64,000 nucleotides of DNA from Lama glama (Eukaryota), in NCBI GenBank assembly GCA_028534125.1, contig CM052817.1, positions 75,332,001-75,396,000 on the forward strand, written 5' to 3'. Made by a program: the position numbers and the translations under genes. Of this stretch, positions 27,329 to 39,419 are shown one piece after another. Position 1 is the first letter of the stretch. Each line of letters starts with the position of its first letter. Below the pieces are notes generated by a model, which was not told the DNA's origin, did not search any database, and was given only the letters and a program-made list of their open reading frames with translations.

Positions 27329-27455
27329 GGGGTGATCCTGTAACTTACTGTGTAAACTAGGACATTTTCAGAGGCAAAAGGGAAACTATCAACAGGATAA
27401 GACAAAAGGTGTGAACTGGCACTGCCTAGAATAAATTGGGAACTATAGTCACTAT
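27329..27455 (+). mobile_element. MER94-like hAT-Blackjack MITE inside ERVL integrase
   Basis: Termini gggtgatc...gtcactat; internal aaactaggacattttcagaggcaaaaggg. Confidence 0.75.
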
Positions 27456-27822
27456 GGCCCAATATTCAGTGTGAGCTCTTTCTCAGAAAGAAAGCAAAAG
27501 CCTAGGATCCATGGTTGGGGGTGGTTAAGAATGTTCCCTTCCTATCATATCTAATAGCCCACTTTCAACATTTTGGCATTCAATTTCTGTGATTCTTGAG
27601 AATCATTATATTTAGATGTCTTAATACCCAAGAAGAAATGCTTTCACCAGGGAATACAGTTATGGGTTTGTTGTATTTAAAACTAAAAAGGTCCACTTAT
27701 TTGAAGCTTTTGCTACTGAACTAACAGAGAGGAGTTAATGTACTAGCCAAAGTGATTGATACTGATCACTAAGGAAAAATTAATTTGCTGTTCTACAATA
27801 GTGTCAAGAACAACTATATCAT

Positions 27823-27984
27823 TTTTTAAAATTTGTCCATGGACATTTAGGTTGCTTCCATGTCTTGGCTATTATAAATAGTGCTGCTATTAACATTGAT
27901 TGCATGTATCTTTTTGAATTAGGGTTTCTTTTAGATATATGCCCAGGAGTGGGACTGCTGGACCATGTAACAACAACTGTATTA
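27823..27984 (-). mobile_element. L1 fragment inserted in ERVL
   Basis: atggacatttaggttgcttccatgtcttggctattataaatagtgctgc...cccaggagtggga; tatatcat repeated on both flanks. Confidence 0.85.
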
Positions 27985-28472
27985 TGTTAACGAAAAATAC
28001 TGCAAGCCATATCAGTAAACAAAGAACGTTGTGGCCATCAAGTCGTCAGCCAACTCTGGATGCAGACAAGCAAGGAGGCCGGCTTCTGCAGCCACTCACA
28101 ATGGTGGACTCTGTGGGGACTCAGAATAAGAAAGGACAGGATACTGGCCCTAGATAGCTAGGTGCTTGTCAAAGGAATGAATTCAATGAGCCCAAATGTT
28201 TGCTTCCTCCCATACGTAGAAAAGCGCTAAATTCTGTAGCTTGATGTCTGTTTTTCTTCAGTTAACAAGTAATCTTTTAATGCTCTGACTACCTGGCCCT
28301 TGTTGTAAAGCTCCTATATATCCTGGCTCCTCCTCTACCTCTTTGGAGGAGTCCCTCAGAGCGATCTGGGAGGCTGTCATCCCGGGCTCGAAGGGGTTCA
28401 AGTCCCCAGAAATGTCCACTGAATAAAACATAACTCTCAACTTTCAGGTTTGTGATTTTATTTCAGCCAACA
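27985..28472 (+). mobile_element. ERV1-class solo LTR, copy 1, TSD ATTA
   Basis: TG...CA termini, TATA-like cctatata, aataaa; 4-bp TSD at 27981-27984 and 28473-28476; homologous to 30938-31431. Confidence 0.92.
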
Positions 28473-28824
28473 ATTATTATATCATAAAGTGAGGGGCTTC
28501 TCTTCAGTGCCTCCTATTCCCTGATGCTCAGTAATACTGGTCACCCTGCTAAAGACAGGAGCATGGAGCATGGAGGACATGTGCCCCATGGGGTTGAAGA
28601 TTTATGTCAAGTTAACCCTCCACATAAAACATTCCCAACCAGTTGACACACCTATACAGGGTATGAACACATGGAAAAAAGGATGTAAGAAGGGATAATC
28701 ATCAACTACATAACAGAAACCATGCTTTATATTTTTTCCTTGTTTCTACTGCTCTGCTTAGTCACCTGAGCCTTTTATCCAAACAGAGCACCTGAGTTTA
28801 TATTAAAGGGAAAAAGAGGTAGAA

Positions 28825-29947
28825 TGTACAATTTATTCTCCATTTGTCCCTCCAGATCTACTCTTACATCTACTCTATCTTGCTACTAATGATGAAGGAA
28901 AACAGATGTGGGGCGTGAGGAGAGCCATGTCCCAGGTTTTGGCTGAGCTCCTGGTACAAGCCCCGCCAAGTGTGGGTCCGTGGCTTCGCACAGGAAAGAA
29001 TTCAAGAGCGAGTCACAGTTGAGTAAAGGTAGATTTATTCAGAGAGGTACACTAAAAGGCAAAAGAAAGGCCACAAGGTGTAGGAGTTGGGTGCTCAGAT
29101 TAAAAGTAGGTACACATTCCATAGACAGAATATGGGCCATCTCCGAAGAGGGAGAGAGAGGGGCGGCCGCGAGGCACCGTGTTGCCATGTTTTATGGGCT
29201 CAGTGGCTTCATATGCTAGTAAGTGGAAGGACCAGTCAAAGCAGCCTGGGGAAGAGGCTGGGATTCCCAGGAAGTTGGTCATTTCCCAGTCTTTGACCTT
29301 TTGTGGCTAGCCTTGGGACTGCCATGGTGCCTGTGGGCATATTATTCATCATGCTAACATATTACAATGGTCGTATAATGAAGCCCAAGATCTACTAGAA
29401 GTTAAATCTCTCATCATCCTGAGCCTCAAGGCCTACTGGGGGTTGAATCTTTCACCATTTTGATGTTAATTGCTGTGGCATTCCTTGAATGGCTGTGCCC
29501 TGCCCCCTTCCATCCTGTTTCACTAAGACTGAACATTTGGCTTCTAAGGACAACTGGCAAAGCCTCTCAATCCCTATCTTTTCAGGAGAGTTATCCAATG
29601 GACAGCACTGAAAGGGGTTCAAGAACAGCTGGAGAGAGATGTTGGGGTATTTATTACCTTGTTCACTTCAACCTCTGTTTGGCTGCACTTTGGCAGTGAT
29701 TTCTACCCCCTCTTTTTTTTTTTTTTTAATACATACAGCAATCAGATGTGATAACCACTAGCTTCCAATTCCCTACCAGCCTAGGGGTGATAGCTGATGA
29801 CTGCTATTGCTAGCCTTGGGGAGATTCACCATCCCTTATTAGTTTTCCTTAACCTTGTCTTTATCTCTATAGATACTGTTTCATTAAACCCTCTTCATTT
29901 ATAGTTTTGAGATCACCATCTGTTTCATGTGAGAATGCTGATTAAAA
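28825..29947 (+). mobile_element. ERVL 3' LTR (LTR41/LTR33-like) split by a younger LTR
   Basis: tttgtccctccagatctactct, gagagagatgttggggtatttatt, gcctaggggtgatag...ttcaccatccctt, attaaa; follows the PPT. Confidence 0.8.
28890..29522 (-). mobile_element. ERV1-class solo LTR of a second family, TSD CTAA
   Basis: TG...CA termini, minus-strand AATAAA (tttatt near 29035), retained CpGs; ctaa at 28886-28889 and 29523-29526. Confidence 0.9.
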
Positions 29948-30937
29948 TGGACATTTTATATTGTTAGGATTGCTGAAGACCTTTTAAAAAATATATTCAT
30001 CTACACTAATTATAACCTGCTATATATAGGAAAACTGCTGCTAGTAAAGATGAAAGAAAGTAGGATTCAAATTTAAAACTAAAAGAAGGAATCTGATGTA
30101 AAAGAAATGAAAAAATATTTTCTACTTTATATTTATATCTAGATTAAAACTATAAGCACATATATACCTATGCACACAAATTCATATGTATACATCTAGA
30201 AATTTTTTGGTTCATGAAAATGAATATAACCTGCCTAGAAGTAAAGACCTGAGGACACAGTTTAGCAAGGAGTAAGGGAGGAAAAGGACAAAGATAAATT
30301 GCTCTGCACACAATACAGTGTTTTTGAAGTAGGCATAAACAAAGAAGAGAGAGTATGAGATGCAAATCAAGAGGAGGAGTAAGAGACTAGGCAATGATGG
30401 AGTTGTCCACTAACTTTTCACTAATATTAGAGATATGCTATATTCACTTTAGGCTGTTCGTCCTGTTTCACAATAAAACTGATCCATCTTCTCAAACATT
30501 AAGTAAAATCTCGTACACCCAGGAAAGCCTCAAACGACAGTACTGGGAGTAAAAATAGCACAAAGCAGTGACCTACCAATATCCACACCTCTGCTTAAGT
30601 TACAATGGGGAGGCCAGCACTATGAAGGGCAATGATAGTCTTCAGATCCTTCCTGCCACAATAAGCAGCAGACTGAAAGGATAGAGATGAAAATCGCACA
30701 GAGACGCAGTTACATGCTAAAATCGACCTAGGAAATGATTAGGGCTAATTCCCTTTTGCGCAAATACTCTAGGGAAAAAGGGAGACTGACATTTCATATA
30801 TATTATCTGTACATGCAGTACTTAATTTTTTAAATTAAAGTATATACTATAAAGTGTAAATCAGGATTTTTTATTTATGTTTAAAGTATTTTGAATAAAC
30901 TAGACTTTATAAGAGAAACTTTTTATTTTACTCATTG

Positions 30938-31431
30938 TGTGAACGAAAATACTGCAATGTGAATGAAAATACTGCAACCATATCAGTAAACAAAGAATGC
31001 TGAAACCAAGTCATCAGCGGCTACTGCCACCCCCCAGTGAGGACAGGCCTGCAGCCCAGCCTCTGCAGCCACTCACAGTGGTGCACCCTGAGCAGACTCA
31101 GAATAAGAAAGGACAGGATACTGGCCCTAGATAGCTAGACACTTGACAAAGGAATGAATTTAGTGAGCCCAAATGTTTGCTTCCTCCCATACATAGAAAA
31201 GCACTAAATTCTTTAACTTAAGATGCCTGGTTTTCTTTAGATAACAAGCAATCTTTTATTGTTCCAAGTACTTGGTCTTTGTTGTAAAGCTCCTATATAT
31301 CCTAGCTCCTCCCCTACCTCTTCGGAGCAGTCCCTCAGAGCGATCTGAGAGGTTGTCATCCCGGCTCGAGTCCTCCCACCAAATAAAACATAACTCTTAA
31401 CTTCTAGGCTGCGCATTTATTTCAGTCGACA
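30938..31431 (+). mobile_element. ERV1-class solo LTR, copy 2, TSD ATTG
   Basis: TG...CA termini; attg at 30934-30937 and 31432-31435; same family as 27985-28472. Confidence 0.92.
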
Positions 31432-32167
31432 ATTGTCTTTTCAAACCCTCTCCTCAGATAAAATTGCATATACAAGTGTCTGTTACTCATTTCCTTGCTC
31501 CACATCTCACTTCTTTTTTGTGTGCTTTTAGCCCCTTCCGTATGACAGGGGCAGTTGCAGGAGAGCAATGAAGACACAGCGAAAGTTTGCAGATGACTTT
31601 TTTGATGTAAGGGGGTGATACAGCAATTTATGCATGGTAGATTCAAAATTTCTGGATATTTCTGTTAGGTGATACTCACGTGGGTATTCTAGAGAAATCC
31701 ACTGCTGAGCATCTCTCATTGGTAGTTCACTCTGCTAAGTGAGTAATGTCTCCTCTGACTGTGCATCTTTCCTACAGCCCTGGATGGGTACCAGTGTCTG
31801 TGTATCCTAGCCCCTTCAAGCATATCTACTGGACAGAGAAGAACCTCTCTGACTCCTTATGCAAAGTTCACAGGAAAATTATGTGCATCCTTACACAGCC
31901 CATTTCTGGGAGTGCCAGCTCTCCACGCTCCGCTGCTTAACAGTGGCAACTCTAGTAGTCACTGCTCACTTTAGAGTTGACCAGATGGAATCAGATGTCC
32001 CCTGGACTCCAGTGAACTCAGAGAGCTTTCCCAATGATTAGCTGAGGTCCTTCAATTGTCTTGATACGGAAGAAGCACTTTCTCTCATCCCCCTTGAATT
32101 GGGGTTTGAGAAGAGAGAGAAAATACAAAGCACACTAACAGCTCTCTTTACAATTAAAATCTTCCGG

Positions 32168-32219
32168 GACACCAGAAATTGACACATTTTAACTGACTGT
32201 ACTTCAATTAAAAAAAAAA
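32168..32219 (+). mobile_element. About 50-bp L1 3'-tail insertion
   Basis: acaccagaaattgacacattttaactgactgtacttcaatt plus A-run; TSD only degenerate. Confidence 0.8.
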
Positions 32220-32837
32220 GTCCTCAGTCACACGAAGAATTCATATTTATTATCTGTACAAATAACCTTGTTTAATCTCCTCAGGTGTATCTTTACTTTT
32301 TCTTATAAAGCAAGGAGGTGGATAATATGCTGTTTCTGAGAGCACTCTTTAATTTCCATTTAGCATATTCTGCAAAGACGACTCTAAAATCAGTGTGATT
32401 TTGCATTGCAAATATGCTTTTTTCAGTGATATTAACTTATGCTCTTCATTTTTTTTCCTATCTTATTTTTCACATCTTCTCCAATTCTCATGCAAGCACT
32501 TAGTACTTTTGGTGATCATTTTCCTAGGGGAGGGATGTAACCGAAAACAATTGTGAAAAATAAAAAAAGTTTTTTTTAATGTTCTGGTTTCCAAGAACTC
32601 GAGATATTTTGAAAGATTCTATTCAAAGGCAAAACATTTGATAGATATTCAGAGCTTATATAACAAGGGATCTGTGAAGTATGCAGACTTTTTCTGAAGA
32701 CCAGAAAATACTTTCCCAGGTAAAGGCAAGAGAAGGGCAAATAATAGAACAGCCTGTTCCAAAGTAGTCTGTATCCTGTGATTCGAAAGAGAGGGAACGC
32801 CTGTGCCCTCCTTTCTACAGGTGTTCAGCAAGAAAGT

Positions 32838-32868
32838 AAAAAACAACAACAACAACAACAACAAAAAC
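32838..32868. repeat. (CAA)n microsatellite
   Basis: Direct inspection. Confidence 0.85.
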
Positions 32869-34374
32869 ACTGATCATGAACCTAGTCACTGATCTGTAAA
32901 GCCCTTCTCAGAGATTTTTTTTCTTATCCCAGTGTGATGGAAAAGTAGCCAAGTGAATATTAACTATAGCATCAGATAATTGGAGAGAGCTGCTGGACCC
33001 AAGGTTCTTTAGAGATAAGGTAAAGATTATTCTCATAACTTTTACAAATTGGAAACAAACAGATGGGATGATGCATCTCAATGGATCAGTTGATATGTAC
33101 ATAGATACATGATACAAGGACTACATATGCTTCCTACTACTTGGTAGTATAAAGTCCTTCCAGAATTTTTACTGAACCCTGAAAAAAGGAGATAAGAAGC
33201 AGATCAGTTAATATTAACTTTCTCCTATCTTGATAGAAAAGTAATTGAAAATAAAAATTAACATGAGTTACAGAAAAATAAGGATAAACAATAATGCATA
33301 TCAGATTTAAGAATGACAACTGGAGTGTGCATGTGTGAGAAAAAATGTGCATTAAATAAATACAATTATTTGGAAAATAATACGTATCGCAAAAGTTATT
33401 TGGTTATATAATCAGGATTAGCAGCAAATAAATTGACAGGTCATATAGGATAATGAGATAGTAAAGTTAACATTTTATAAATAATTCAAATCTAATTTAT
33501 AATACACAAACCATCTATCTGTGCTTCTTCATAGAACAGAGCATTTTCTAAACCTGCAAAGTGTAGGGTGATGTTTTTCATTATCACTTTGAGTTAAAGT
33601 TCACTGCGTGAAATGCCTTAGGTGTTATAAATTACTCAATTCTGCAAACATTATTTATGTCACCAGATGCTTTATTTTCATAAAAATCAATTTCCCATAA
33701 TTTCCAGAATGATTAAATTGTAAGTACAATATTGTGAAAACAAATACAAAAGAAGCTAACCTCAGAAATATTTATATCTAATTATTTTCAAGTCTGTCCA
33801 TTATGGGAGAAATAAAATGAATGATAAGAGAAGTGAGAAAATATTAAACAATTCTTTTTAAAACACTGGTTACTTTGCCTTTGCATGTAATTTGTACACC
33901 ATGCATATCTCCTCCTAAAACCAACAGATCATCCACCCAATCCTCTCTAATTGCAAAACTGTCAGGCTCCTTACCTTGGCAAGCTGTGCCCTGCTACGAT
34001 GGCTGTTCAAAAAATCAGTGCTGATGAGAAGACTTGTGCCAGAAACTGTAAGCAATTAATTTCTACACTGATCTCTGGAATTCATCCAAACTTTTCAGAA
34101 CTGAAAAGAGCCCTGCCACACTGTCACTCAGGGAATGTATTTCCAACTAGGCTGTCTGATAACTCTGCTGTGAAAAGGTGAGATTAAATATTAAGTTATG
34201 TGGCTCCTATTTTAATGAATGATGGGTAATGCATATTTTCATTAGTGAAAGTTATTTATGAAAATCAAACGAATGTCTAGCATTTGTTAAAACATATTTT
34301 AGACCAGAATAATAGTCTTAATTCCAACATGGAATCAAAATGAAAAATGGCAATGAGCAAAAACTTTGGGATTA

Positions 34375-35498
34375 TCCTTTCTTGAAGACTTAATTTATCT
34401 CACATCCCATATCCACTCTGTCAGGCAATCCTAATGGCTCTAATTTCCTAATATATATTAGGACCTAAATATTTCCCACCATTTCCCACAACTCTTTAGC
34501 CCATGTCACCAACATCTCATTCCTGTACTACCTCTAAACCTACTTTCTTAATATATGTTTTCCACATATTAGCCAGAGTCATTGTATTGGTTCGCTAGGG
34601 CTGCTATAACAAAATAGCATATACAAGGTGACTTCCACACAGAAATGGATTTTCTCACAATTCCAGAAACTAAAGGCCCCAGATCAAAGTGCTAGCAGGA
34701 TTGGTTTCTCCTGAGGCTTCCCTCCTTGTCCTGAAGATGGCCACCTTCCCACAATCCTCTAAGGTTCCTCCTCTGTGTGCACACATCCTGGGTGTCTCTC
34801 TGTATGTCCAAATTTCCTCTTCTTACAAGGACGTCAGTCATTTTTAATTAGGGCCCATCCGCATAACCTCATTTCAGCTTTATTATCTCTTTATAGGCTG
34901 TATCTTCCAAAACAGTTACATTCTGAGATGCTGTATGAAGTTTGGGGGAACACAATATAGCCCATAATAGTCATCCTTTGCAAGCAGCAGTAATATCCTG
35001 TCACAACAAGGCTCAGAAGCCTAATTCTGTGAGAGCTTCCCAGGATACCTAAAATGAAAACTGCACCTAACTCTCTTTCCTATGACTTTCCTTCTCATTT
35101 ATTCTATCTCAGACAAACTGGATTCTCTCTTTTCCATAATATACAAAGCAAGCTGGTACACCAAAGATATTCTACTGGTGTTCAATCTAGAACAATCTCC
35201 CAGATATCATGGAAACTTCCTCCCTCCCTGTATTCAGTTCTTTGCTTTACAAGGCTTCTGATATTCAGAGAGGTCTCCCTTACCACCCACCTAAAATACC
35301 ACTTCTCTGAACTTTTATCTGCTTTCCTTTTGTTGTTTTTATTACAGTCCCAAAATATTTTATTTAAATATCTATTAATCATATGTTAATCTGTTACTGG
35401 CACTAAAATATTAATTCTGTGAGGCTAAGCAACACCTAGTTCCTAGAACAGTACCTGCTATGTGGTATAAGGTCATTCGTCGGAGTGAATGAATAAAT
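34375..35498 (+). mobile_element. LINE-2 3' region split by an MLT1 LTR
   Basis: cacatcccatatccactctgtcaggcaatcc...cctagaacagtacctgc...gtgaatgaataaat. Confidence 0.8.
34583..34969 (-). mobile_element. MaLR solo LTR (MLT1A/B-like), TSD GTCAT
   Basis: tgtattggttcgctagggctgctataacaaaata...gggggaacacaatatagcccataa; gtcat at 34578-34582 and 34970-34974. Confidence 0.92.
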
Positions 35499-36171
35499 CA
35501 ACTGATAAGAAATGTTCTTGATGTATTTCAATCTTAAAGTCTCTATTTGGCAAAAGCTATATATCTAGGGAAACTTAACTTTATTGCCTTTAAAATTTCC
35601 AAGTCAGTCAGTGTTCCCTTTAAATGCTTCCATGTAGAACATAAGGACTTCTCACAGATTCTGTACAATTGGTCCACCCAACCTTCCCTGAGGAGTATCT
35701 TGGCTTTAGGTATTTGTTACATAGACTTTCATTTAGAAATTTACTTTTTGTAGTTTTATTCATATGCTGAACTTTTCTAGATAGTTTCCATAGTAGATAG
35801 TATCTAACACGTCAACAGAAATAGAAGAAAAACTATTTTGCACCTACTATATACTCATCTAAACAATTTCAAATAATAATGAGTGGTAAAATTTCAGATA
35901 TCAGAAAGAGGATGGTTTTCTCAGATTCTGGGTTCTGTTCTTTCAAGCAGTTGAAATATCTCAAGCAGAAGTCCATCTATTTACTCTAATGTGTATCAGC
36001 CTCATTTCTTGCTGTGATTGTTACTGAGATCTGCACTTCTTTCCTGATGAAAGACTCTTTTCTTCACTATTAGCTTATATCCTGGTCTTTTTTCTGACTA
36101 GAATTTTTATCAGCCTAGTAGGTCTCCTCTCCTGTTGGTGTTTTCCCCTGTGTTTTACCTTGAAAAAAGGT

Positions 36172-36615
36172 TATGCTTATTTCCTGAAGCTGCCATAACA
36201 AATTAACACACACTTGGCAGCTTGAAACAACTGATATTTATTTATTTACAGTTCTGGAGGCTAGAAGTCTAAAATCAAGGTTTAGAACAAAGCCATGATA
36301 CTTTCATTGGAGAATCTGTTCCTTTCTCGTCCAGCTTCTGGTGGCTGCCCCAGAATCCCTGTGCTTAAGTCCTAATCACTACATTCTCTGCCTCTGTCTT
36401 CACATCATTTTTCCCTCTGTATATTGGTCTTTTTCTCCTTTCTCTTATAAGGATTTAGGGCTATAACAGGTGGCTGTTGTAATACAGGGATTACCTCATC
36501 TCAAGAATATTAGTTTAATTGTATCTTCAAGAACACTTTTACACATAAGGCAATATTCACAGGTTTCAAGGATTTGATGTGGATATCTTTACCAGTCCAT
36601 TTTTCCATTACCATA
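36172..36615 (-). mobile_element. MaLR LTR (MLT1C-like)
   Basis: gctgccataacaaatta...cagttctggaggctagaagtctaaaatcaagg...ccagcttctggtggctgcc. Confidence 0.85.
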
Positions 36616-36724
36616 GAAATAACAGAGGGAATATTCCAGGATGAAAAAGGAAACGTGTATCTTCTAAATTGAATGGTTGTATTCAGTGCTGATGAATGGA
36701 AAAAAATGTGCCCTGCACAGAATG

Positions 36725-37064
36725 TGTAAGGCAACTTGCAGCTGCAGGACTGAGGTTCCTGACTTCTTGCCAGCTGGTAGCTGGAGGTCACTCTCCATTC
36801 AGTTCGAGAAACCGCCCAGAGTTTCTTGCCACAGTCACTTACATCATCAAGCAAGCAAAACCAAGCTCTGAAGAGACTCTACTACCAAGATGGAGTCCTA
36901 CATAATGAAACACAATCATGAGAATGATATCTCATTAACTTTGCTATGATCTATTATTTTGAGGCCTATTAGTTCTGCCTCCACTCAAAGGGAGGGGATT
37001 ATACTTGACACCAGAAAGCAGGTTATCACAGGGAACCATCCTGGCCCTGGCGTCTGCCTACCAC
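36725..37064 (-). mobile_element. MaLR LTR fragment (MLT1E/F-like)
   Basis: ctgcaggactgaggttcc...ccactcaaagggaggggattatac...tctgcctaccaca. Confidence 0.75.
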
Positions 37065-37130
37065 ATTGTATCTCTGTAGTGAACTTATCTGCATAATTTA
37101 AAATATATACATATTTTAATAGATTTCAAC

Positions 37131-37403
37131 TTTTTTAAAACATTTTTTATTGACTAATAGTCATTTTACAATATTGTGTCAAATTCCAGTGTAGACAACA
37201 ATTTGTCAGTTATGTATGAACATATATATATATATTCATTGTCACATTTTTTTCCACTGTGAGCTACCATAAGATTTTGTATATATTTCCCTGTGCTATA
37301 CAGTATAATCTTTTTTATCTATTCTACATTTTGAAATCCCAGTCTGTCCCTTCCTACATAGAATACAAACTTGTGTTTGTATGAGTCTGTTTCTGTTTTG
37401 TAT

Positions 37404-37434
<31 letters not shown>

Positions 37435-37903
37435 TAGATTCCACATATCAGCGATCTCACACGGTATTTCTCTTTTTTTTTCTTTCTCTTTCTGGCTTAC
37501 TTCACTTAGAATGACATTCTCCAGGAGAATCCATGTTGCTGCAAATGGTGTTATGTTGTCAGTTTTTATGGCTGAATAGTGTTCCACTGTATAAATATAC
37601 CACCTCTTCTTTATCCAGTCATCTATTGATGGACATCTGGGCTGTTTCCAATGTCTTGGCTATTATAAATAATGCTGCTATGAACATTCGGGTGCAGGTG
37701 TCATCCTGAAGTAGGGTTCCTTCTGGATATATATCCAGGAGCGGGATTCCTGGGTCATATGGTAAGTCTATTCCTAATCTTTTGCAGAACCTCCATACTG
37801 TTTTCCACAGTGGCTGCACCAAGCTGCATTCCCACCAGCAGTGTAGGAGGGTTCCCTTTTCTCCACAGCCTCTCCAGCATTTGTCATTTGTGGATTTTTG
37901 AAT
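37131..37903 (-). mobile_element. Young camelid-type LINE-1 3' end
   Basis: ORF 37619-37822 is the ORF2 C-terminus ([11 protein letters not shown]...[14 protein letters not shown]...MFIAALFIIAK); 3' UTR matches 4590-5165. Confidence 0.95.
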
Positions 37904-39419
37904 ATTGAATCAACCTATACATGAAGCATGGAAGGCAACTAAAAGTTATACAAGAGACACATAATAGCCACAACTTTAGCAAGTTAAAACAGCGACTTAG
38001 AGAAATGACCCGAGAATGGTCTGGGCATCTACCTTGAGTAATTATGCTATACCTATGTCACTCTTGAATTTGTTTTTTGTCTTTGCTGTCAGTAGCATAT
38101 GGCAATTATCAGCACCTTTGGTGTATGCAAGTATAAAAATTTCATGAGAAGAAAAATGAATTGTCTTGTCAAATTCAAAATGACCACTGAAGAGATCAGT
38201 AAGATTCTGCTCACAGGATAGCTCTCAAGCACAGCAGTCAAATGCAAGATTATAGAAATGTACAATGGACAGCCTTCCACATTCACTAAAGCCCAGTAAT
38301 CTGTGGATAAATAGAATTGAGAGATCCTAAGAAAAGTTTTTCAGCTTTTCTTCTACTCCTAAAACCTCTAGCAATGAAGTTAAAGAGAAGTCATGTGATT
38401 TTCTTTGTAGATAATAGAAAAACAACCACAACAACAATGAGAGGATGAAATTTAAAGTTAGGGAGGACATGGAGAGGGAAAGGGGTCCATGTGGTGACGG
38501 GTGATTACACAAGCTAAACCCACATCTATCAGAGTGGGAATTACAATATGGATAAATCATGAAATGTATAAATTTCTTCTATGTAAAGGTATAATGCCCA
38601 AATGAATTAAAACAAAATCAACACAAACACTGCATCGAGAAGTCTGATCATACATAAGGAGTGGATAGATAAAGGCAAATACTTTCATTAAAATCACTTT
38701 ATAGTTACTCAGTTTTGTAACCAAGAACATATATATAATATATAATTTGTAAGTTAAAATAGGAAATAGAAAATAATAACAATATTATAAAACTAAAACT
38801 TCAAAGAACACATTGCCAAAGATGGAAAAACTTTCCCTTAATTCTTAGGTAAGCAGCAGGATTTAAAAGAACAATCATGAGCTAACTTTTACCTCAAGGA
38901 AATTGTTTAAAAGAAAATCAAATATTATTCTTAAAAAGATAATATTTCATTTTAAGGTATAAATTATATTTAATATTTGTGTGAGGATTTATGTATGTAT
39001 AAATACATAAATATAGATTATGTATAAACACTATTAAAATTTTATATATTTTATTATCACTTATGTGTAAATTCACACACGCATATATATACACAATAGT
39101 ATTTATTGAAAATTTTAAATTATCTTAGTCTTTATCTGTCTCATTTCTTAAGGATGAATCAAATATGTAGCCTACTAAAATTGTGCTTTTGTCTTTTCTC
39201 ATATTTTTATAAGCTTTGCTTTACATAATTTATTCCATATTCTTTCCTTTATATTTGTTAAGAATTAACTCAAACTTACAAATAAGGTGGTAAACTTACA
39301 AATAAAGTGGTGGTGGGGGCAGCATATTCATTAGGTGTTAAATCTAGACATCATTTAACAGCCCTGCCCAAGGGTTATATATTTCTCTATTAGAATATAC
39401 TTATTATAATAAACACACG

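Larger units (their letters stand above)
27035..28824 (+). mobile_element. ERVL internal region: decayed integrase, dUTPase, pol tail and polypurine tract
   Basis: catcacccagaagcagctgacctg = HHPEAADL (integrase). gtactagccaaagtgattgatactgatcac = VLAKVIDTDH (dUTPase GVIDxDY motif). PPT aaagggaaaaagaggtagaa sits directly before the LTR. Confidence 0.85.

Noticed and set aside
28980..29699. Cluster of overlapping ORFs
   Set aside because: They lie in GC-richer LTR sequence, where stop codons are naturally rarer.
27985..31431. Two same-orientation LTRs as the ends of one provirus
   Set aside because: Each has its own distinct TSD, and the intervening DNA is older ERVL and unique sequence with no evident PBS, gag or pol of that family.
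31739..31777. Plus-strand GTGAGT...ctgac...tttcctacag mini-intron
   Set aside because: 39 nt is below the practical minimum for mammalian introns.
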